Assembly (NCBI RefSeq): GCF_003696345.1 | Contig: NZ_RFLX01000005.1 | Coordinates: 88,777-112,776 of the forward strand | Length of the DNA: 24,000 bases | Reading direction: 5' to 3' | Source of the DNA: Teichococcus wenyumeiae | GTDB lineage: Bacteria; Pseudomonadota; Alphaproteobacteria; Acetobacterales; Acetobacteraceae | In this document: positions 1 to 7,894 of the stretch, piece by piece | Position numbering within the stretch: position 1 is the first letter of the stretch | Layout of the letters: each line of letters opens with the position of its first letter | Translations under genes and position numbers: made by a program | The notes under the pieces: generated by a model | What the model was told of the DNA's origin: nothing | The model's database searches: none | The model's input: the letters and a program-made list of their open reading frames with translations, nothing else

Positions 1-999
1 GGCGCGCATGTAGAGCCGCATGCCCCAGTGCTGCGTGCCATGGGCCGGCGGGCGGGGCGCGATGGTGAGGGAGGTGTTCAGCAGCCCTTCCCGCCGTTGC
101 AGCGCCTCGCCCGGCGCCACCAGGGGGGAGACAGCGTCGTTGCCCAGGCGGTGCCGCTTGGCGAAGGCGGCCAGCAGCGCCCAGGCCCTGGGGCTGCGGA
201 TGCGCCCGCCGCGCGCATGCGGGTGCTCCATGAAGTAGCGGCCCACCTGGTCATGGGCATTGCCCAGGCCCATCGGCATGGTGGAGCGGGCGGCCAGCAG
301 CAGCCTGGCATTCTCGATGCCGCCGGCGGCCAGGATGACGCTCTTCGCCGCCACCCGCAGCCGGGCGCCCGAGAGGCCGCGCGCCACCACCCCGGTCACC
401 GCCCGCGCATCCGGCGTGGCCTGGATATCGGTGGCGGTGGCATGGGTGACGATGGTGCAGCGCGGATGCTCCACCACGTCGCGGCAGCGGGAGAAGCTGA
501 AGCGGTCGGATTGCCCGTCGAAGCACCAGAGCGGCAGGCTGATGCGGGCGGGGTTGAATTCCGGCAGGGGCACGCCGCTGGCGCGCAGCTCCGCCGCCGT
601 GGGCGGGCGGGGTGAAAGCCCGAAGGCCGCGCGCGCCTCCTGGTAATAGGGCGCCAGCGTCGCGGCCGTGATGGGCCAGCCGGAATGCGGCACCCAGTCG
701 CGTTTCTCGAAATCGATCGGGTCCAGCTCGGCGCAGCGGCCACCCCAGATGGCGGTGGTGCCGCCGAAGAGCCGCAGCCGCGCGTGGTCCAGCTCGTAGT
801 AATCCTCGCCGGCATTGCGGCCGGCATTCAGGTCGGCGGTGGCTGCCTCGTAGTCCAGCCCGCCGCTTTCCAGCAGCACCACGGAGCGCCCCGCCGCCAG
901 CAGGCGCCGCGCCGCGGTGATGCCGGCAACCCCCGCGCCGATGATGCAGACCTCGCCAGCCACATCGCAGGAGCCGCGGGCATCCAGGTCAAACCGCAT
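1..999 (-). CDS. GMC-family FAD-dependent oxidoreductase (partial, runs off left edge)
   Basis: Reverse-strand translation from ATG complement at 997-999: MRFDLDARGSCDVAGEVCIIGAGVAGITAARRLLAAGRSVVLLESGG...RLFGGTTAIWGGRCAELDPIDF...ILAAGGIENARLLL...HPHARGG. FAD Rossmann GxGxxG and GMC-type motifs. Not in the supplied ORF track because it is open at the edge. Confidence 0.85.
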   Translation of the reverse strand, partial: MRFDLDARGSCDVAGEVCIIGAGVAGITAARRLLAAGRSVVLLESGGLDYEAATADLNAGRNAGEDYYELDHARLRLFGGTTAIWGGRCAELDPIDFEKRDWVPHSGWPITAATLAPYYQEARAAFGLSPRPPTAAELRASGVPLPEFNPARISLPLWCFDGQSDRFSFSRCRDVVEHPRCTIVTHATATDIQATPDARAVTGVVARGLSGARLRVAAKSVILAAGGIENARLLLAARSTMPMGLGNAHDQVGRYFMEHPHARGGRIRSPRAWALLAAFAKRHRLGNDAVSPLVAPGEALQRREGLLNTSLTIAPRPPAHGTQHWGMRLYMRA

Positions 1000-1165
1000 C
1001 CGTCACCACATCGATCTTGGCGGCCGGCGCGGAGAAGGCGCGGGCCGCGAATGTCCAGGGCCACGCCACAGGCGGCATGACAGAAGGCTTACGGGGCCCA
1101 GCCCCCGCTTCTTCCCAGCCCACATTTTCTTGATCGCCAGGCTCAGGCTGGCAGAGGGACCGGCC

Positions 1166-1951
1166 TCAGTTCGCCCGGGCGGCGATGCGGCCCATCATCA
1201 CGGCGGCGGCCTGTTGCAGCGCCGCGTCGTCGTTCTGGCCGATCAGCGCGGCGCCCAGCCCGTCCCGCCGCCAATAGGCCACCGAACGGTCTTCCCGGCG
1301 CAGCATGCGCAGCGGCAGCGGCTGCTCATGCCCCGTATGCACCAGATAGAGCGAGAGCGGGCCGGAGTCGGGCATGCGGAACACCACCGCGACGCTGGGC
1401 CCAGCGACCGAGGGATAGACCTGCACGTCCAGCACGCTCCAGTCCTCCGGAAACTCCGGCAGCGCGATGGCGGTGTTGCGCAGGATCTCGTCCCGGTCGA
1501 ACTGCGGCGCCTCGAGCTGCGAGGCCATGACGGCGCGCAGCAGCGAGGTGCGGTGCGCCTGCATCGCCTCCGCCGTGAAGCGCGGCGGCAGGGCGGCGGC
1601 CTCGGTGGGGGAGACGCCCACGGAATCCACCTGCCAGTGCACCAGCCAGCCCAGCCCGATGCAGGCGGCGACCAGCGCGCCGCGCCGCAGCCCGCGGCCC
1701 AGGTGGCCCATGCTCAGGCCGCGCTGCAGCCGCCGCGCCGCCAGCGCTGTGCGCGAGTCCGGCGCTTCCGGCGGGTGGGCCAGGGCGGCGCGCAGGGCGT
1801 CGCGGATGCGCAGGTCGTCCATCACCCGCGCGGCCAGGGCGGGGTTGCGGGCCAGCGCCTCCTCCACCGCGATGCGGCCGGGCAGGTCGAGCTGGTCGTT
1901 CAGATAGGCGTCGATCTCCATCTCGCCGGGGAAATCAGGCCTGCGGGTCAT
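1166..1951 (-). CDS. Putative membrane-anchored anti-sigma factor
   Basis: ORF 1166..2008; best start MTRRPDFPGEMEIDAYLNDQ at 1951 with upstream GGGAGGTT. One central hydrophobic segment (ALVAACIGLGWLVHW). Directly downstream of and overlapping an ECF sigma gene. Confidence 0.75.
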   Translation of the reverse strand: MTRRPDFPGEMEIDAYLNDQLDLPGRIAVEEALARNPALAARVMDDLRIRDALRAALAHPPEAPDSRTALAARRLQRGLSMGHLGRGLRRGALVAACIGLGWLVHWQVDSVGVSPTEAAALPPRFTAEAMQAHRTSLLRAVMASQLEAPQFDRDEILRNTAIALPEFPEDWSVLDVQVYPSVAGPSVAVVFRMPDSGPLSLYLVHTGHEQPLPLRMLRREDRSVAYWRRDGLGAALIGQNDDAALQQAAAVMMGRIAARAN

Positions 1952-2492
1952 GCGAACCTCCCACCACACGGAGTTGCGGGTGCCGGGCGGGCGGGGCCTC
2001 GCCCGCATCCATCTGCCGCAGCATCTCCCGGGCGCGGCTGAGCCGGGACATCACGGTGCCGGCGGGGACATCCAGGATCTCCGCCGCCTCGGCATAGGAG
2101 AGGCCTTCCAGCGCCACAAGATGGAAGGCGGCGCGCTGCGGCTCCGGCAGGGCGAGATAGGCCTCGAAGATCTCGCGCAGGTGCAGCGCGTGGTCCTGCC
2201 CCGGCTCGGCATGTGGCGTGGCGAGGCTGCCCACCGCGGCGATGCGCGCGTTCTCGGCGTTGCGGCGGCGCCAGCCGTCGATGAAGCTGTTGTGCAGGAT
2301 GGCGAAGAGCCAGGTGCGCAGGTTCTCGCCCCGCCGGAAGGTGGCGCGGCGCTCATAGGCGCGCAGCAGCGCGGTATGCACCAGGTCCTCCGCGTCCTCC
2401 GCATGGCGCGTCAGCGCGCGCGCATACCGGCCCATTGGAACCAGATGCGCGGTGACGTCGAAGGATCTCCACCCGAAGCTCATGCTGCCCAT
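1935..2492 (-). CDS. ECF-type RNA polymerase sigma factor (sigma-70 family)
   Basis: Region 2-like GRYARALTRHAEDAEDLVHTALLRAYERRATFRRGENLRTWLFAILHNSFIDGWRR and region 4-like LPEPQRAAFHLVALEGLSYAEAAEILDVPAGTVMSRLSRAREMLR. Start uncertain (2492 or 2483); the 278-aa ORF upstream part looks non-coding. Confidence 0.9.
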   Translation of the reverse strand: MGSMSFGWRSFDVTAHLVPMGRYARALTRHAEDAEDLVHTALLRAYERRATFRRGENLRTWLFAILHNSFIDGWRRRNAENARIAAVGSLATPHAEPGQDHALHLREIFEAYLALPEPQRAAFHLVALEGLSYAEAAEILDVPAGTVMSRLSRAREMLRQMDAGEAPPARHPQLRVVGGSHDPQA

Positions 2493-2756
2493 ACGAAGCT
2501 GACGGGCCGCTTCTTCCTGCCCGGCGGCAAAATAATGCTCGCCCGCCACGCCACCAAGCCGCGCGGCGTCCCGAAGGGGATTGGACGGCGGCCGCCGCCT
2601 GCCGTATCGGGGGGCCTGAAACCAGCCGGCGCCCTGCCCCTCGGGGCGGTGCCGGAGGGGCGGCATCCGCCGGGCCGGCGGCCCCGCCCGCTGGCGAGAG
2701 GAGGTGGCACCCATGCCCGTTGCATCGACCCGAGACGGCCAGGGCGCCGCATACCC

Positions 2757-3776
2757 ATGACGCCGGCGCATCCGTTGCGGGCGGGCGACCTGGTGCTGGT
2801 CACCGGTGCTTCAGGCTTCCTGGGCTCGGCGGTGACGCGGGCGCTGCTGGCGCGTGGGCTGCGAGTGCGCGCCCTGCTGCGCCCCACCAGCCCGCGCAAC
2901 AACCTCAAGGGCCTGGATTGCGAGATCGCGCAGGGCGACCTGACCAATGCCGCCTCCCTGCGCCCGGCGCTGCACGGGGTGCGCTACCTGTTCCATGTGG
3001 CGGCGGATTACCGGCTCTGGGCGCCGGACCCGCAGGCCATCCTGCGCGCCAACCTGGACGGCACCCGCAACCTGATGCGGGAGGCGATGGCGGAAGGGGT
3101 GGAGCGCATAGTCTATACCAGCAGCGTCGCCACCCTGAAGGTGGCCGGCGCCACCCGCCCGGTGGACGAGACGGCGCCGCAGGACCCCGCCGGCGCCATC
3201 GGCATCTACAAGCGCTCCAAGACCCTGGCCGAGCGCGCGGTGGAGGACATGATCAACCGCGACCGGCTGCCGGCGGTGATCGTGAACCCCTCCACCCCCA
3301 TCGGCCCGCGCGACATCCGGCCCACCCCCACCGGGCGCATCATCCTGGATGCGGCGCGCGGCAAGATCCCGGCCTTCGTGGATACCGGGCTGAACTTCGC
3401 CCATGTGGACGACATCGCCGCCGGCCACCTGCTGGCCTTCGAGCACGGGCGGGTCGGCCAGCGCTATATCCTGGGCGGCCAGAATGCCTCGCTGCAGGAT
3501 TTCCTGGCGGAGGTCGCGCGCCTGACCGGCCGCCGCACCCCCACCACCAGGCTGCCCCGCGCGCTGCTCTTCCCGGCGGCCTGGGGTGCGCAGATGGCGG
3601 CCCGCCTGACGAAGCGGGAGCCGATGCTGACGGTGGACGGGCTGCGCATGGCGCGCCACCGCATGTTCTTCACCTCCGCCAAGGCCGAGCGGGAACTGGG
3701 CTACCGCGCCCGCCCCTATGCCCAGGGCGTGGCGGATGCGCTGGGCTGGTTCCGGGGCGCGGGCTACCTGCCATGA
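2757..3776 (+). CDS. hpnA: Hopanoid-associated sugar epimerase HpnA (NAD(P)-binding)
   Basis: VLVTGASGFLGSAVTRALLARG ... AADYRLWAPDP ... NLDGTRNLMREAMAEGVERIVYTSSVATLK; first gene of a recognisable hpn operon. Confidence 0.92.
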   Translation: MTPAHPLRAGDLVLVTGASGFLGSAVTRALLARGLRVRALLRPTSPRNNLKGLDCEIAQGDLTNAASLRPALHGVRYLFHVAADYRLWAPDPQAILRANLDGTRNLMREAMAEGVERIVYTSSVATLKVAGATRPVDETAPQDPAGAIGIYKRSKTLAERAVEDMINRDRLPAVIVNPSTPIGPRDIRPTPTGRIILDAARGKIPAFVDTGLNFAHVDDIAAGHLLAFEHGRVGQRYILGGQNASLQDFLAEVARLTGRRTPTTRLPRALLFPAAWGAQMAARLTKREPMLTVDGLRMARHRMFFTSAKAERELGYRARPYAQGVADALGWFRGAGYLP

Positions 3777-4909
3777 GCCTCTGGCTGGCCCTCGGCCTCG
3801 TCTCGCTGCTGATCTGGCTGGTGCTGGTGCTGGCGCGGGGCGGCTTCTGGCTGGCGCGGGAGCGCGACGACCGCGACACGCCCCCCGCCCCCGCCCATTG
3901 GCCCAGCGTGGTGGCCGTGGTGCCGGCGCGGGACGAGGCGGATGTGATCGCGCGATCGGTCGGCAGCCTGCTGCAACAGGACTATCCCGGCCCCTTCCGC
4001 GTCGTGCTGGTGGATGACGGCAGCACCGACGGCACCGCCGCCGCCGCCGGCACCGACCCGCGGCTGGAGGTGCTGCCCGGCGCGCCGCTGCCCGCGGGCT
4101 GGACCGGCAAGCTCTGGGCGCAGCAGCAGGGCGTGGCGCGGGCGGGCGAATCGGCGCCCGACTACATCCTGCTGACCGATGCCGATATCGGCCATGCGCC
4201 GGAGAACCTGCGCGCCCTGGTCAGCCGCGCCGAGCAGGGCCGGCACGCCATGGTGACGCTGATGGCCGAACTCTCCTGCGCCACGCGGGCGGAGCGCTTC
4301 CTGATCCCGGCCTTCGTGTTCTTCTTCCAGATGCTCTACCCCTTCGCCTGGGTGGCGCGGCGGGACCGGCGCACGGCGGCGGCGGCCGGCGGCTGCATGC
4401 TGGTGCGCCGCGCGGCGCTGGAGGCGGCGGGCGGCATGGCCTCCATCCGGGCGGAAATCATCGACGACTGCGCCCTGGGGCGGCGCATGAAGGCGCAGGG
4501 GCCGGTCTGGCTGGGCCTGACCCGCCGCGCCCGCAGTCTGCGCCCCTATGGCAGCGTGGCGGAGATCAGCCGCATGGTCTCGCGCTCCGCCTATGCGCAA
4601 CTGGGCTATTCGCCGCTGCTGCTGGCGGGCACGGTGCTGGGCATGGTGCTGACCTATCTCCTCCCCCCCGCCCTGGCGCTCTTCGGCCAGGGCGCCGCCC
4701 AGGCGGCGGGTGCTGCAGCCTGGCTGCTGATGGCGCTCGCCTTCCAGCCGATGCTGCGCTTCTACCGCGTGTCGCCGCTCTGGGGGCTGGCGCTGCCGGC
4801 CATCGGCGCGGCCTATACGCTCTTCACGCTGCAATCGGCGGTGCAGGTCTGGCGCGGCCAGGGCGGCATGTGGAAGGGCCGGGCGCAGGCCATGGCGGGT
4901 GAGGCATGA
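3773..4909 (+). CDS. hpnB: Hopene-associated glycosyltransferase HpnB (GT2-like)
   Basis: VVAVVPARDEADVIARSVGSLLQQDYPGPFRVVLVDDGSTDGTA ... C-terminal membrane segments; ATGA overlap with hpnA. Confidence 0.92.
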   Translation: MSLWLALGLVSLLIWLVLVLARGGFWLARERDDRDTPPAPAHWPSVVAVVPARDEADVIARSVGSLLQQDYPGPFRVVLVDDGSTDGTAAAAGTDPRLEVLPGAPLPAGWTGKLWAQQQGVARAGESAPDYILLTDADIGHAPENLRALVSRAEQGRHAMVTLMAELSCATRAERFLIPAFVFFFQMLYPFAWVARRDRRTAAAAGGCMLVRRAALEAAGGMASIRAEIIDDCALGRRMKAQGPVWLGLTRRARSLRPYGSVAEISRMVSRSAYAQLGYSPLLLAGTVLGMVLTYLLPPALALFGQGAAQAAGAAAWLLMALAFQPMLRFYRVSPLWGLALPAIGAAYTLFTLQSAVQVWRGQGGMWKGRAQAMAGEA

Positions 4910-5784
4910 GCGACTCCAGCAACTTCGCTTCCGGCAAGGGCGACAAGGACGAGAATTTCCCCGTCGCCTCCCGCCTCGTGCGGCCGGAACTGCGGCCCAC
5001 CATCCTGGCCTTCTACCGCTTTGCCCGCGCCGCCGACGACGTGGCCGACCATGAGACCGCCGCGCCGGAGGACAAGCTGGCGCAACTGGCCCGCATGGAA
5101 GCCGGGCTGCGCGCCGACTCCGCCGCCAATGCCGAGGGCGCCGCGCTGCGCCGGGCGCTGGAGGCACGCGGCCTGACCGACCAGCACGCGCTGGACCTGC
5201 TGGAAGCCTTCCGCCGCGACGTGACCCAGACGCGCTACGCCGATTGGGCGGAGTTGATGGATTACTGCCGCTATTCCGCCGCGCCGGTCGGGCGCTTCAT
5301 GCTGGACCTGCATGGCGAATCCCGCGCCACCTGGGCCGCCAATGACGCGCTTTGCGCCGCCTTGCAGGTCATCAACCACCTGCAGGACTGCGCCAAGGAT
5401 TTCCGCGCGCTGGACCGCGTCTATATCCCGCTGGACCGGCTGGGCGCCCATGGCATCGGCACGGAGGCGCTGGGCGCCGCGCAGGCCTCCCCGGCCCTGC
5501 GCGCCGTCATCACGGAACTGGCGGAACAGACAGAAGCCCTGCTGGCGCAGTCCCGCCGCTTCGCCGGGCAGATCGCGGACCGGCGGCTGGCGCTGGAAGT
5601 GGGCGTCATCCAGGCCCTGGCGGAAAGCCTGACCCGGCGGCTGATGCGGTGGGACCCGCTGTCCCAGCGCGTGCACCACCGGCCGGTGGAGGCGTTGAGC
5701 ATCGCCTTGGGCGGCGCCGCGAGCGTTGCCGTGGGGCGGCTGGGGCGGATATTCCGGCCGCAGGCAATCGGCACCCCGGGATGA
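4906..5784 (+). CDS. hpnC: Squalene synthase-like protein HpnC
   Basis: ENFPVASRLVRPELRPTILAFYRFARAADDVADH ... CRYSAAPVGRFMLDLHGE ... ALQVINHLQDCAKDF. Confidence 0.93.
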   Translation: MSDSSNFASGKGDKDENFPVASRLVRPELRPTILAFYRFARAADDVADHETAAPEDKLAQLARMEAGLRADSAANAEGAALRRALEARGLTDQHALDLLEAFRRDVTQTRYADWAELMDYCRYSAAPVGRFMLDLHGESRATWAANDALCAALQVINHLQDCAKDFRALDRVYIPLDRLGAHGIGTEALGAAQASPALRAVITELAEQTEALLAQSRRFAGQIADRRLALEVGVIQALAESLTRRLMRWDPLSQRVHHRPVEALSIALGGAASVAVGRLGRIFRPQAIGTPG

Positions 5785-6632
5785 CCACCGACACCCTTCT
5801 CGCGCCCCAGGCGGTGAATCTGCAGGCGCAGGTTTCCGGCAGTTCCTTCTACACCGCCATGCGGCTGATGCCGCGCGCCGAGCGCGAGGCGATGTTCGCC
5901 ATCTATGCCTTCTGCCGGCTGGTGGACGACATCGCCGACGACGGCACCCGCCCCCGCCCCATCCGGGCGCAGGAGCTGGAACGCTGGCGCGCCGACCTCG
6001 CCGCGCTCTACGCCGGGCAGCCCGCCGGCCGCGCCGCCTTCCTGGCCGGGCCGGTGCGGGACTTCGGCCTGCGCCACGCCGATTTCCTGGCGGTGATCGA
6101 CGGCATGGAGATGGATGTGGCCGCCGATATCCAGGCGCCCGGCCTCGCCACGCTGGACCTCTACTGCGACCGCGTGGCCAGCGCGGTGGGGCGGCTTTCC
6201 GTGCGCGTCTTCGGCATGGAGGAAGCGCCGGGCCTGGCGCTGGCCCATGAACTGGGCCGCGCGCTGCAACTGACCAATATCCTGCGCGACCTGGACGAGG
6301 ATGCCGGCATCGGCCGCCTCTACCTGCCGCGCGAAGTGCTGGATGCCGCCGGCATCGCCGGCGACGACCCGCTGGCCGTGGTGGCCGACCCGCGCGTGGA
6401 TGCCGCCTGCCGTGCCCTGGCCCCCCGCGCCCTGGCGCATTTCGCCGCCGCCGACCAACTGCTGGCCAGCCGCCCACGCGGCCGCCTGCTGGCGCCAAGG
6501 CTGATGGCGGCGGTCTACCGCGTCATCCTGGAAAAGATGCTGGCCCAGGGCTGGACGGCGCCGCGCCGGCGCGCGCGGGTCGGCAAGGCGCGGCTGCTCT
6601 GGCTGGTGGCGCGCTGCGGCCTCGCGCGATGA
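5781..6632 (+). CDS. hpnD: Presqualene diphosphate synthase HpnD
   Basis: SSFYTAMRLMPRAEREAMFAIYAFCRLVDDIADDG ... YCDRVASAVGRLSVRVFG ... GRALQLTNILRDLDEDA. Confidence 0.93.
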   Translation: MTTDTLLAPQAVNLQAQVSGSSFYTAMRLMPRAEREAMFAIYAFCRLVDDIADDGTRPRPIRAQELERWRADLAALYAGQPAGRAAFLAGPVRDFGLRHADFLAVIDGMEMDVAADIQAPGLATLDLYCDRVASAVGRLSVRVFGMEEAPGLALAHELGRALQLTNILRDLDEDAGIGRLYLPREVLDAAGIAGDDPLAVVADPRVDAACRALAPRALAHFAAADQLLASRPRGRLLAPRLMAAVYRVILEKMLAQGWTAPRRRARVGKARLLWLVARCGLAR

Positions 6633-7894
6633 CGGTGCATGTGGTCGGCGCCGGGCTGGCCGGGCTTTCGGCGGCGGTGGCCCTGGCGGGCAAGGGCGCC
6701 CGCGTGGTGCTGTGGGAAGCGGCGAAGCAGGCCGGCGGCCGCTGCCGCTCCTACCACGACGCGCAGCTCGGCATGGTGATCGACAACGGCAACCATCTGG
6801 TGCTCTCCGGCAATCCGGCGGTCGGGCGCTACCTGCGCGCGATCGGCGCCGAGGCGCGGCTGGCGGGGCCGGAACAGGCGGATTTCTCCTTTCTCGACCG
6901 GCGCGACGGCAGCCGCTGGGTGCTGCGGCCCAATGCCGGCGCCCTGCCCTGGTGGGTGTTCTTCGCGAACCGCCGCGTGCCCGGCACCGGCCCGGGTGAT
7001 TACCTGGCACTGGCCAGCCTGCTGCGCCGCCACCCTGGCCGCCGCATCGGCGATGTCATGGCCTGCCACGGCCCGCTCTGGGACAAGCTGCTGCGCCCGC
7101 TGCTGGTCTCCATCCTGAACACCCGGCCCGAGGATGGCGATGCCGGGCTCGCCGGCGCCGTGCTGCGCGAAAGCCTGGCCAGGGGCGGCCGCGCCAGCCG
7201 CCCGCGCATCGCGACACCAACGCTGGACGCCGCCTTCGTAGCCCCGGCGCTGGAGTTCCTGCGGGCGGCGGGCGCCGAGATCCGCCTCGGCCAGCGGGTG
7301 CGCGGGTTGCGGCTGGAGGGCGGGCGCCTCGCCGCCCTCGCCCTGGCGGAAGGCGAGGTGCCGCTCGGCCCCACCGATTCGCTGGTGCTGGCGGTGCCGC
7401 CCTGGGTGGCGCAGGAACTGCTGCCCGGCCTCCAGGCGCCGGACGATTTCCGCCCCATCCTGAACGCCCATTTCGCCGCCACGCCACCGCCGGGCGCCCC
7501 CGCCATGGTCGGGCTGGTGGGCGGCACGGCGGACTGGGTCTTCGCCTTCCCAGACCGGCTGTCCACCACCACCAGCGATGCCAGCGCGCTGATGGAGCGC
7601 GACACGGAAGACCTGACCGCCGCGCTGTGGCAGGATGTGGCCGCCACCCATGGCCTTTCCGGCCCGGTGCCACCCTGCCGGCTGGTCAAGGAACGGCGCG
7701 CCACCTTTGCCGCCACCCCCGCCCAGGCCGCGCGCCGCCCCAAGGCGCGCACCGCCTGGCAAAACCTGTTCCTGGCGGGCGATTGGACCGATACCGGCCT
7801 GCCCGCCACCATCGAGGGCGCCTTGCGTTCGGGGGAGGCCGCCGCCGCGCTGGCCTTCGCCGGGCCGGGCGCATCGGAGGCCGCTGCCGCATGA
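6629..7894 (+). CDS. hpnE: Squalene-associated FAD-dependent desaturase HpnE
   Basis: MTVHVVGAGLAGLSAAVALAGKGARVVLWEAAKQAGGRCRSYHDA ... VIDNGNHLVLSGN ... NLFLAGDWTDTGLPATIEGALRSGEAAA. Confidence 0.93.
   Translation: MTVHVVGAGLAGLSAAVALAGKGARVVLWEAAKQAGGRCRSYHDAQLGMVIDNGNHLVLSGNPAVGRYLRAIGAEARLAGPEQADFSFLDRRDGSRWVLRPNAGALPWWVFFANRRVPGTGPGDYLALASLLRRHPGRRIGDVMACHGPLWDKLLRPLLVSILNTRPEDGDAGLAGAVLRESLARGGRASRPRIATPTLDAAFVAPALEFLRAAGAEIRLGQRVRGLRLEGGRLAALALAEGEVPLGPTDSLVLAVPPWVAQELLPGLQAPDDFRPILNAHFAATPPPGAPAMVGLVGGTADWVFAFPDRLSTTTSDASALMERDTEDLTAALWQDVAATHGLSGPVPPCRLVKERRATFAATPAQAARRPKARTAWQNLFLAGDWTDTGLPATIEGALRSGEAAAALAFAGPGASEAAAA

Noticed and set aside
28-615. 195-aa plus-strand ORF at left edge
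   Set aside because: The opposite strand reads as a continuous GMC oxidoreductase with diagnostic motifs; this is its shadow.
1093-1130. GGGGC-CCA-GCCCC followed by GCTTCTTCCCAGCCCACATTTTC as another repeat copy
   Set aside because: Only loosely similar, lacks the AATT-containing core and TCGAG end; short 5-bp stem is expected by chance at this GC content.
2720-4909. 729-aa plus-strand ORF covering hpnA and hpnB
   Set aside because: Only its C-terminal portion (from 3773) is real HpnB; the upstream part is an out-of-frame shadow of hpnA. The same applies to the long frames preceding shc (7627) and hpnD (5352).
3764-5167. 467-aa minus-strand ORF opposite hpnB/hpnC (and 561-aa at 4813..6498)
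   Set aside because: Repetitive HRHHG/RRR-type translation, fully antisense to confident genes.
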